A stretch of DNA of 38,554 bases from Candidatus Woesearchaeota archaeon (GTDB lineage: Archaea > Nanobdellota > Nanobdellia > Woesearchaeales > WJKV01). Location of the stretch: contig JAHWHI010000036.1 of assembly GCA_019323355.1 (NCBI GenBank), forward strand, positions 1-38,554, read 5' to 3'. Made by a program: the position numbers and the translations under genes. The notes under the pieces are model-generated. The model was not told where the DNA came from. It was given only the letters and a program-made list of their open reading frames with translations, and searched no databases. How positions within the stretch are numbered: the first letter of the stretch is position 1; the number at the start of each line of letters is the position of its first letter. Below are positions 24,736 through 32,203 of this stretch, one piece after another.

Positions 24736-25470
24736 ATGAAGATCAAAGACAAGATAGAGATCATTGACCTTGCATTAAAGCTAGATAAGATTCTGATATT
24801 TGCAGACTTCCATGTAGGTTATGAAGAGGCATTGAACAAACAAGGTGTTCTTGTCCCAAGATTCCAGTTCAAAGACACTATGGAGAGATTGGATAAGATC
24901 TTTGAGAATATCGAAGGCAAGGAGATAGAAACAATAATTGTCAACGGCGACCTGAAGCACGAGTTCGGCACAATATCAGAGACTGAGTGGAGGCAGGCAC
25001 TGAAGATATTTGACTATCTTGCAGAGAGATGCAAGAAGATGATCCTGATAAAAGGAAACCACGACAAGATCCTTGGGCCGATTGCAGAGAAAAGAAACCT
25101 GGAGATTGCAGAGTTTGTTGTCATCGATGATGTGTTGATATGCCATGGAGATAAGATTGATTCGGATTTGGAAAATGCTATAGAGAACAAGAACATCAAA
25201 ACAATCATAATTGGCCATGAACATCCTGCTGTCACATTACGGGAATCTGCAGAAGCTGTACGGAGCGAGAAGTACAAATGCTATCTTGTTGGAAAATATA
25301 AAGGAAAGATACTGATTGTACAGCCGTCGTTCAATCTTGTGACAGAAGGGACTGATGTTGCCAAAGAAAGATTATTGTCACCTTTCCTCAAACAAGATCT
25401 ATCCAAGTTCAGCGTGTTTGTTGTTGCTGACAAAGTCTATGAGTTCGGTAAGATTAAGAATTTAGAATGA
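24736..25470 (+). CDS. Calcineurin-like metallophosphoesterase (Mre11/SbcD-related archaeal MPE type)
   Basis: 244 aa. Motifs in order: FADFHVG, NGDLKHEF, IKGNHD, CHGD, GHEHP. Confidence 0.8.
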   Translation: MKIKDKIEIIDLALKLDKILIFADFHVGYEEALNKQGVLVPRFQFKDTMERLDKIFENIEGKEIETIIVNGDLKHEFGTISETEWRQALKIFDYLAERCKKMILIKGNHDKILGPIAEKRNLEIAEFVVIDDVLICHGDKIDSDLENAIENKNIKTIIIGHEHPAVTLRESAEAVRSEKYKCYLVGKYKGKILIVQPSFNLVTEGTDVAKERLLSPFLKQDLSKFSVFVVADKVYEFGKIKNLE

Positions 25471-25476
25471 TTATGT

Positions 25477-25995
25477 TTATTTCAACTTCTCTTTCTTTGC
25501 CTTGTCAGAGATAATGGCAGAGTTTCCAAAAGGATCCTCAAGAATCAGTTTCATCTTATCCTTGCCTTCTTTGACATCCAATACCTTATCGACCATCTTT
25601 CTGATTTTTTTTCTTTTTGCAGCGTCCTCTTCGCCTTCCTTGTTGAACTCAAGCACCTTCAAGATGTCATCCAGCATCCTTTCGATATTAGCAACATAAC
25701 CTTCAGCGTTTATGCCAGGCTCCACAGTTATCTTCAGGTCAGGCCATTTGATTGTTGCTTCTGAACTTTTGACAACACGGATCTTCAAATCATCAAGACT
25801 GCTGATCTCAAGTGTGTATCTGCAGGGCTCTTTCTTGACAAGTATCTCAACATCAGATTTCTTGAACCCGCAGCTCGAACAGTCCATTGAGAAGATAGCT
25901 ACTTTTCCAAAATAAGGAACCTCTGTCTCCTGCTCTCTGAGTGTCAGTGTCTTTTCACGGCACATTGGGCAGGTTTCGCCTTTAAGTTCATCCAT
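25477..25995 (-). CDS. ZPR1-type zinc-finger protein
   Basis: 172 aa. CPMC...(x)...CSSCG zinc ribbon embedded in T...E.EVPYFG...I.S..C..CG.K..DV, the ZPR1 zinc-finger module, followed by its beta-helical domain. Confidence 0.8.
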   Translation of the reverse strand: MDELKGETCPMCREKTLTLREQETEVPYFGKVAIFSMDCSSCGFKKSDVEILVKKEPCRYTLEISSLDDLKIRVVKSSEATIKWPDLKITVEPGINAEGYVANIERMLDDILKVLEFNKEGEEDAAKRKKIRKMVDKVLDVKEGKDKMKLILEDPFGNSAIISDKAKKEKLK

Positions 25996-26064
25996 AAAAC
26001 AGAAGAGAATTCATTAGTTTATATATTTTTTGAATCCAAAAATAAAAAGCAAGAAAAAGCAGAT

Positions 26065-26523
26065 CTAAAGATCGTCTGCAGAATTCATCTGTTGGTGCCT
26101 GAAAACAGATGCGAACTCAGGTGTTGCCACAATGTAGTCCTCTCCGAATCCTGCTATATCGCCGTCTATTGCGTCGCATGTCTTCTTTAGTTTGTTAACA
26201 GCACGTTTCAATTCAACGATATCCTTTTCCTTCAATGGTGCGATATTGATAAGCGCGATAGTCATCCCCTGGCGAAGAGCATCGAGAATTGGTTTGATAT
26301 CTTCGAATTCTTCCATCACAAATGGACGTACTGTTATCTTGTTTCTGGTGAATGTCTCTGTAGTCTCTGGACCTAGTTCAACATACTCCTCTTCAACTGG
26401 TTCTTCAAAATCAGTCTGCCGAGATGTATTCCCAAACCTTCGGGACAGTTGATTCTTTATATTCAGAAATGTTTCTTTCATCCTCCTATTAACCTCCTCT
26501 CTAGTGAGGAAGAATAATTTCAC
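26065..26523 (-). CDS. sepF: Cell division protein SepF homolog
   Basis: 152 aa. The C-terminal SepF core is VRPFVMEEFEDIKPILDALRQGMTIALINIAPL...RAV..L...C.AIDGDIAG.GEDYIVATP. An alternative start at M15 (ATG 26481) is preceded by GGAGG elements. Confidence 0.8.
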   Translation of the reverse strand: MKLFFLTREEVNRRMKETFLNIKNQLSRRFGNTSRQTDFEEPVEEEYVELGPETTETFTRNKITVRPFVMEEFEDIKPILDALRQGMTIALINIAPLKEKDIVELKRAVNKLKKTCDAIDGDIAGFGEDYIVATPEFASVFRHQQMNSADDL

Positions 26524-26570
26524 TAAATATATAAATATTTCGATTCACAAAAACAGCCCAGACCATAAGG

Positions 26571-26578
26571 TTTATAAA
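26571..26578 (+). promoter_or_regulatory. TATA box for rpl10e
   Basis: TTTATAAA, 22 nt upstream of ATG 26601. Confidence 0.6.
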
Positions 26579-26600
26579 GAACTCACCAAAATCATATACC

Positions 26601-27137
26601 ATGGCAAGACAGAGGAAAGGAGTTGCATATCGGGCTCTGGAAAGGCCCTATACAAGGATATCTAAGTTCAATAAGAAGCAATTCACTAGAGGCAATCCTC
26701 ACATTAATATTTCTCAGTTCGAGATGGGAAACAAGACAAAGAAATTCCCGTTCTGCGTAGACCTTATTGCTGAAGACAATCTTCAGATAAGGCATACTTC
26801 AATGGAGAGTGCAAGGCAGGCTTCAAACAGGTATCTTGAGAAGAATCTTGGAAAAGAAGGGTACCATTTCAAGTTCAAGATATACCCGCACCATATTCTT
26901 AGGGAGAATCCATTGGCTTCTGGTGCTGGTGCTGACCGTATGAGCACTGGTATGAAAAAATCCTTTGGAAAGACAATCGGAAAAGCAGCGCAGGTCAAGA
27001 AAGGAAAACAGATCATCTGCATAGGTGTTGAAGAGAAGCATACCAAAGTTGCAAAGCGCGCAATGACACTTGCAAAGAACAAGCTGGCATGCAAATATTC
27101 AATCAAAGTCTATCCAAATCCGCTTTTCAAGAAATAA
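26601..27137 (+). CDS. rpl10e: Ribosomal protein L10e (uL16)
   Basis: 178 aa. The sequence MARQRKG.AYR...RPYTR.SK....F.RG.P...I..F.MGN and later GAGADRM..GM...FGK..G.AA.V fits L10e/uL16. Confidence 0.93.
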   Translation: MARQRKGVAYRALERPYTRISKFNKKQFTRGNPHINISQFEMGNKTKKFPFCVDLIAEDNLQIRHTSMESARQASNRYLEKNLGKEGYHFKFKIYPHHILRENPLASGAGADRMSTGMKKSFGKTIGKAAQVKKGKQIICIGVEEKHTKVAKRAMTLAKNKLACKYSIKVYPNPLFKK

Positions 27138-27140
27138 ACT

Positions 27141-28136
27141 TTATTCTTTTGCATATTCTGCGATCTTTGATTTGAGTTCCTCGATGTCATATATAGCCTC
27201 TTTGAACTCTTTGTATTTCTTGTCGTTCCTGAACTTTTGAATTATCTCTTCTTTCTCATCTTCATCAAACATATCTGTCTTTGAGAGATATATCAGGATA
27301 GGCTTTCTGAACTCTTTTTTCAGCCGGGAATAAAGTTTGACCTGGCTCTCGAGCGGATAGCTGCTCTGCGTAAGATCAAAGATGTAGAGTATCTGGTGGG
27401 CAATATATTTTATTGTAAGGAAAGCCTGTTTCTCGATCACATTCATCTTCTCGAACCTGTTCAGTGTTCCAGGAGTGTCGACAAGCTGGATCTTCTTATG
27501 ATTCTGCATAAGATAACCAAGGTTCAGTTTTTTTGTTGTGAATGCATAAGCCTGGATCTCAGGCTTGCTCTTTGATATCTTTGAGAGAAGGGTGGATTTT
27601 CCTACATTTGGAAAGCCTGCGATGGCAACTGTATAGAGCTTTGTCTTTATCGTAGGAAAGTTTTTCATCGCTTTCCTGCATTCCTCCAGGAATAGAAGGT
27701 CTTTCTTCACCTGTTTCAGGAGAGAGCTGATCCTTCCAGAGAAACTTCTCCGTATCTCATTGACCTTGCGGAAATCCTGGCACTTGCGCAGTTTCGAGGA
27801 ATAAATCTTGAACATGTCATTCAGTTTCTTTGCGCACCAGTCGATCGCGCCAAGAGATTTCCTGAGATCGTCGATTGAGAAATACAGTGATATCAGGTCC
27901 TGGTAGAAAATATGCAGATTGTCAAAAGAGGGATATGCTTTCGGGATCTTTTCTAGTGTGCCTGCTAATTCCTTCTTGATGACCATCATACGCTTGAGCT
28001 CTATCTGCTTGGATTTCTTCAGACGTTCTCCCTTGACATTGCTCCTTACCTCAGATGCAGCCTTAGCACCTTTCTTGAAAGCTATGTCTAGATAGAAATC
28101 CGGATCCTCTATTTTGCCTAATCCTGGTATGTCCAT
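27141..28136 (-). CDS. NOG1-family GTP-binding protein
   Basis: 331 aa. N-terminal NOG1-type helical domain, then G1 AGFPNVGKST, G2 FTT, G3 VDTPG. Archaeal NOG1/MJ1464-like architecture. Confidence 0.82.
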   Translation of the reverse strand: MDIPGLGKIEDPDFYLDIAFKKGAKAASEVRSNVKGERLKKSKQIELKRMMVIKKELAGTLEKIPKAYPSFDNLHIFYQDLISLYFSIDDLRKSLGAIDWCAKKLNDMFKIYSSKLRKCQDFRKVNEIRRSFSGRISSLLKQVKKDLLFLEECRKAMKNFPTIKTKLYTVAIAGFPNVGKSTLLSKISKSKPEIQAYAFTTKKLNLGYLMQNHKKIQLVDTPGTLNRFEKMNVIEKQAFLTIKYIAHQILYIFDLTQSSYPLESQVKLYSRLKKEFRKPILIYLSKTDMFDEDEKEEIIQKFRNDKKYKEFKEAIYDIEELKSKIAEYAKE

Positions 28137-28189
28137 GGGATACTCCAGAACAGGGCTATTTAAAAGGCTTTTGGGATACTAGAGAAACC

Positions 28190-28197
28190 TTTATAAA
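28190..28197 (+). promoter_or_regulatory. TATA box for rps6e
   Basis: TTTATAAA, 22 nt upstream of ATG 28220. Confidence 0.6.
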
Positions 28198-28219
28198 TGC
28201 CTTATTTTTTTGAACATGT

Positions 28220-28738
28220 ATGGCTGAGTATAAGCTTGTTATCGGGACAAAGGATGGGAAATCTTACCAGAAAGAACTGAAGAGCCCAGAAGCTGACCTA
28301 TTGTTCGACAAAAAAGTCGGAGACAAGATCAGTGGAGATGCTATAGGATTCCCGGGTTACGAATTTGAAGTCACAGGAGGATCAGACAAGTCTGGTTTCC
28401 CAATGAGAAAGGATGTTTCTGCAAGCCGAAGAAAAAAGATATTCACAACTAGTTCTCATGGTGTTTGGATTCCGCAGAAAGGAAAGAAAGTCAGAAAGAC
28501 TGTTGCAGGAAATATGGTACATGAAAATACTGCACAGATCAACCTTAAAGTTTTGAAAGAAGGAAAAGCACCGCTTGCACCAGTAGAAGCACAAGAAGAG
28601 CAAAGCTCTTCTGTGTCCCAGGAATCTTCGATTCCTGCGAAGAAAGCACAAGAAGAAGAAGCAGAGAAGACAGAAGCAAAACCTGCAGAGACTAAGGAAG
28701 AAAAAACAGAAGCAAAGCCTGCAGAGGCAAGTGCATAA
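28220..28738 (+). CDS. rps6e: Ribosomal protein S6e (eS6) with a repeat-containing E/K/A tail
   Basis: 172 aa. The N-terminal 125 or so aa are eS6 (KLVI....GKSYQ.EL......L..KK.GD.I.G...G..GYE...TGGSDKSGFPMR.DV...RK). The tail contains EKTEAKPAE twice. Confidence 0.9.
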   Translation: MAEYKLVIGTKDGKSYQKELKSPEADLLFDKKVGDKISGDAIGFPGYEFEVTGGSDKSGFPMRKDVSASRRKKIFTTSSHGVWIPQKGKKVRKTVAGNMVHENTAQINLKVLKEGKAPLAPVEAQEEQSSSVSQESSIPAKKAQEEEAEKTEAKPAETKEEKTEAKPAEASA

Positions 28739-28739
28739 A

Positions 28740-28747
28740 TTTATAAA
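28740..28747 (+). promoter_or_regulatory. TATA box upstream of aIF2-gamma
   Basis: TTTATAAA, 19 nt upstream of ATG 28767 (mini-ORF) and 22 nt upstream of GTG 28770. Confidence 0.55.
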
Positions 28748-28799
28748 TATCTCTTTTATCTGTTATATGGTGGGTTGATAGATTACTTGGTGGTATAAA

Positions 28800-30056
28800 A
28801 TCGCTGCGAAAAAAGAAAAGACAAAGAAAAAAGTAAATTCTGAAGATATCCAGCCAGAGATAAATATCGGACTTATCGGCCATGTTGACCACGGAAAGAC
28901 CACCCTGACAGAGAAGCTGAGCGGAAAGTGGACAGACACGCACAGCGAGGAACTGAAGAGGGGGATCACAATACGTCTTGGTTATGCAGATTCTACATTT
29001 TACAAATGTTCAAAATGCAACAAATACTGTGTCAGAGGGAAATGCTCCTGCGGAAAAGATGCAGAGAAAGTAAAGACAGTCAGTTTTGTTGACGCGCCTG
29101 GACACGAGACACTGATGGCGACTATGCTGTGCGGTGCCACAATCATGGACGGTGCTATCCTGATGGTTGCTGCGAACGAAGAATGCCCGCAGCCGCAGAC
29201 CAGAGAGCATCTCATGGCACTGCAGATCGCAGGAATCAAAAATATTGTCATTGTGCAGAACAAGATAGACCTTGTCTCTGAAGAAGATGCGATGAAAAAC
29301 TACAAGCAGATCAGAGAGTTCCTGAAAGAGACTGACTACAGCGACGCTCCGATCATACCTATGAGCGCATTACACGGAACAAATGTTGACATTCTTATCG
29401 CGACAATCCTGGAAAAGATCCCGACTCCAGAACGGGATCCGGACGCTATTCCAATGATGTTTGTCGCGCGGTCATTCGATATAAACAAGCCGGGATCAGA
29501 TCCGATAAAGATGAAAGGGGGGATTCTTGGAGGAAGCCTCAAACAAGGAACACTTAAGGTCGGAGAGGAGATCGAGATCAGGCCTGGAAGAAGAATACAG
29601 AGGCACAACAAGTTCGTGTGCCAGCCACTGAAGACAAAGATCATAGGTCTGATGACAGGAGGAACTCCTGTCGAGAGCATCGGGCCTGGCGGTTCTGTCG
29701 CTGTGCTGACAGAGCTTGACCCTTCTGTTGTCGGCGCAGACAATCTAGTAGGAAGTGTGGTCGGATATCCTGAAAAACTTCCGCCCATCTGGGATGAACT
29801 GAAATTCAAGACAAACCTGCTCGACAGGGTAGTGGGTGCAAAAGATGATCTTGTTGTAAAACCTCTTGCAGAGAATGAGGTACTTATGCTTAATATCAAC
29901 AGTGCCGCGACTGTCGGCGTTATCAAAGAGCTCCGGAAAGGGATTGCGACGTGCACTCTAAAGCTGCCAGTCTGTGCAGAGCCTGGAAGTAAGGTCACTA
30001 TCTCGCGTTCACTAGGCAACAGATGGAGATTGATCGGTTACGGAATCATCCAGTAA
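28800..30056 (+). CDS. eif2g: Translation initiation factor aIF2 gamma subunit; the 5' end is uncertain because there is no canonical start codon
   Basis: G1 GHVDHGKTT (from 28878), Zn knuckle CSKCNKYC...CSCG, G3 DAPGHE, NKID. The frame is open from 28782. The ORF-track start at 29115 lies downstream of the P-loop and cannot be the real start. ATC 28800 is chosen because GGTGGT lies 5 nt upstream. ATT 28782 is the alternative. Confidence 0.85.
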   Translation: MAAKKEKTKKKVNSEDIQPEINIGLIGHVDHGKTTLTEKLSGKWTDTHSEELKRGITIRLGYADSTFYKCSKCNKYCVRGKCSCGKDAEKVKTVSFVDAPGHETLMATMLCGATIMDGAILMVAANEECPQPQTREHLMALQIAGIKNIVIVQNKIDLVSEEDAMKNYKQIREFLKETDYSDAPIIPMSALHGTNVDILIATILEKIPTPERDPDAIPMMFVARSFDINKPGSDPIKMKGGILGGSLKQGTLKVGEEIEIRPGRRIQRHNKFVCQPLKTKIIGLMTGGTPVESIGPGGSVAVLTELDPSVVGADNLVGSVVGYPEKLPPIWDELKFKTNLLDRVVGAKDDLVVKPLAENEVLMLNINSAATVGVIKELRKGIATCTLKLPVCAEPGSKVTISRSLGNRWRLIGYGIIQ

Positions 30057-30083
30057 GTTTTATTGCATAAAAAAGAGGTTTGG

Positions 30084-30614
30084 ATGGCAAAAAAAGAAAA
30101 AGAGGTCAGAGTTCTCTGGCATAAATATTTCTTTCCAGCGCTAATCGCAGGATTAGGCGTGGCAATCGTGGCATATTTCTTCGAGCTGAACAGCGCCAAC
30201 CTGTTGATGTTTGCCAGTGTCGGCGCTTCTGCAGTGACAATATCACACAAGTACAGGCACCATCTAACAACCTTGAGGACAACGATACTCGCTTATATCG
30301 CAGGATGCATCATCAGCCTTTTCATCGGCGCGATAGGAGTGAACATAGGTCTCTCGATACCTGTCCAGGTATTTTTTGTTGTCGCCCTCGTCTCATTTGC
30401 AATATTATATTTCAACATATTTCATCCTCCTGCTGTGAGCGCGAGCATAAGTTTCATTATATTCCACAGGAATCCTTCTGATCTAGTATTCCTCCTGGCA
30501 AGCATAATCATACTTTTTATTGTCATACGGTTCTTCATCTATGTGTGGTACGAGCATCTTTCAATCAAAGATTTTATACACGAATTCACGCATTTAAAGA
30601 TGCACAACAAGTGA
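30084..30614 (+). CDS. HPP-family integral membrane protein
   Basis: I prefer the ATG at 30084 (GAGGT 4 nt upstream) over the ORF-track TTG at 30063. Four to five TM helices and the HPPA motif (NIFHPPAVSASISF). Confidence 0.7.
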   Translation: MAKKEKEVRVLWHKYFFPALIAGLGVAIVAYFFELNSANLLMFASVGASAVTISHKYRHHLTTLRTTILAYIAGCIISLFIGAIGVNIGLSIPVQVFFVVALVSFAILYFNIFHPPAVSASISFIIFHRNPSDLVFLLASIIILFIVIRFFIYVWYEHLSIKDFIHEFTHLKMHNK

Positions 30615-30640
30615 TGTTGTTATGTTCTATACAACGATTA

Positions 30641-30648
30641 TTTATATA
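30641..30648 (+). promoter_or_regulatory. TATA box for the 173-aa nuclease-fold orphan
   Basis: TTTATATA, 22 nt upstream of ATG 30671. Confidence 0.55.
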
Positions 30649-30670
30649 ACTCCGAAGCCTATAATATTGT

Positions 30671-31192
30671 ATGAAGATAGAGGATATTATCATACGGCCG
30701 GGGAATTTTTCAGTGTTCACAAAAAAACAAGGCAGCTTGTTCTGGCCCCACACTTACAAGTATATCAGCTCTGACGGAATAAAACTTAGATCAAGAGAGG
30801 AGTGCGACTGGCACTATATCCTGTCGAGAAACGGCATATACCACACTTATGAACCTAATCTTTCAGGCACGAGGAGACGGCCTGATTTCGGCACTGCAAA
30901 CAATTTCCTGATAGAATTATGCGGAATGGTAGAGGCCCCATTTCCAAAAAAGAGCGACGCTGGCAGAAGAAAAAAATACAAAAAGGAGATGGCAGAAAAG
31001 AGAAAAGAATATCTCAACAGAAGATATAATGTCTTTGAAGTATACAAAGAAGTCATTGTCCTGAACGGATTTGTCCTGAAAAATATACGGGACGCTGCTG
31101 TCTCATTAGTGCTGAGAATCATTGAAAGATACAATCCCAGATGCAGAGGCAATACCGAAGATGTAGCTTTCTGGGAGATAAACAAGAATTAA
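30671..31192 (+). CDS. Hypothetical protein with a possible restriction-endonuclease-like (PD-(D/E)xK, Vsr/TnsA-N-like) core
   Basis: 173 aa. The arrangement S.EE....IL.....Y..YEP-x7-RRPDF-x6-FLIELCG resembles the E...PD...(E/D)xK layout, but the Lys position is Cys. Followed by a basic K/R-rich helix. Confidence 0.45.
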   Translation: MKIEDIIIRPGNFSVFTKKQGSLFWPHTYKYISSDGIKLRSREECDWHYILSRNGIYHTYEPNLSGTRRRPDFGTANNFLIELCGMVEAPFPKKSDAGRRKKYKKEMAEKRKEYLNRRYNVFEVYKEVIVLNGFVLKNIRDAAVSLVLRIIERYNPRCRGNTEDVAFWEINKN

Positions 31193-31233
31193 ATGCAGTA
31201 GCAGAAAAAAAGAATAAAATAAAAAATAAAAAT

Positions 31234-32097
31234 CTACCTGTATGTTGGCAGGGCGACACTGAATTCTTGATAACCTAGCACAAAACCAATCTGTTCAAAT
31301 TCACTGTCTGTCATAGCGCCTGTCTCGAAGTCAGGATGTATATTGTCAAGCATCTCAACATATCTCTGCAGGCCGTTCATGCTTAGAGCATAGTCATTTG
31401 TCTGCGAGACTCTTGATTTCTCCTCTACAACCCTATCCACATCCATGTCGAATGCAACAGCTAGCGTCTCTCCGGATTCAAGCTGCCTGTCCATCTGCTT
31501 CTCAAAGTTGAAACTGAAGTCTGCAGCATACTCCTCTCCGTCAGGGAATGTGATGACTGCGCCTTCCTCTGCATCTGTATAGACTTTCAGCATGACGTAT
31601 GATCCCGGATCGATAAGTTTCTTTGCGACACGGATCCTTGATCCAGGAGCAATGGTTATTTCCTGGCGTCCCTTGAACAGGAGTTCCTTATCCCCTCTCA
31701 GGCTCGAGATCTCGATCTGCGTGATAATAAAACTGATTTTGTTCTCTTCGCCGTTGGTAGAGACAAAGAATACATCAATTGCGCCGTCTCCGCCGTAGTT
31801 ATCAGACTTAGGCTTGACAACTGCTACGGGCTCGGATTCAAACTTGTCAGAGATAGACTCGACAACAATAGAATCCATATCCTCTTCTGTTTCTTCCTCT
31901 TCTGGAAGCTCTTCGATCTCCTCTTCTACAGGCTCGGTATCATCTATGACCTGTACTACTGGCCCTTCTGTTTCCTGCGCTGTATCGACAGTAGTGGCTC
32001 CTGAAAGCTCTGTCAGATCAGCTGCATTGCTGCATCCGGTTGCAAGTGCCAGGATCGATACTACAAGAACGAAAAACAAGATTTGTGTGATTTTCAT
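31234..32097 (-). CDS. Putative lipoprotein with an acidic linker, unknown function
   Basis: Start reassigned to ATG 32097 (MKITQILFFVLVVSILALATGC, lipobox LATGC) with GGAGG 9 nt upstream. The ORF-track extension to 32502 runs antisense into the radical SAM gene and is spurious. Contains the acidic stretch EEEIEELPEEEETEEDMD. Confidence 0.65.
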   Translation of the reverse strand: MKITQILFFVLVVSILALATGCSNAADLTELSGATTVDTAQETEGPVVQVIDDTEPVEEEIEELPEEEETEEDMDSIVVESISDKFESEPVAVVKPKSDNYGGDGAIDVFFVSTNGEENKISFIITQIEISSLRGDKELLFKGRQEITIAPGSRIRVAKKLIDPGSYVMLKVYTDAEEGAVITFPDGEEYAADFSFNFEKQMDRQLESGETLAVAFDMDVDRVVEEKSRVSQTNDYALSMNGLQRYVEMLDNIHPDFETGAMTDSEFEQIGFVLGYQEFSVALPTYR

Positions 32098-32173
32098 AAT
32101 GCACAACCTCCCCATTTGAATGGTATATGACTTATATTGACTGGTATATAAAAATGTTTCTAATTCAAAAGAT

Positions 32174-32181
32174 TTTATAAA
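32174..32181 (+). promoter_or_regulatory. TATA box for the radical SAM gene
   Basis: TTTATAAA, 22 nt upstream of ATG 32204. Confidence 0.55.
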
Positions 32182-32203
32182 TAGAACTTGAATATATAAA
32201 TAA

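Noticed and set aside
28767-28781. Genetic-code reassignment (UGA or UAG as a sense codon) to explain the in-frame stops before aIF2-gamma
   Set aside because: TGA, TAG and TAA all terminate well-defined conserved genes in this window at the expected C-termini: rpoH, rpoA'' and rpl39e end in TGA, rps7 in TAG, and many others in TAA. The standard code therefore applies.
29115-30056. ORF-track start of aIF2-gamma at ATG 29115
   Set aside because: This start would delete the G1 P-loop and the zinc knuckle, which are encoded in frame upstream. The true start must be 5' of 28878.
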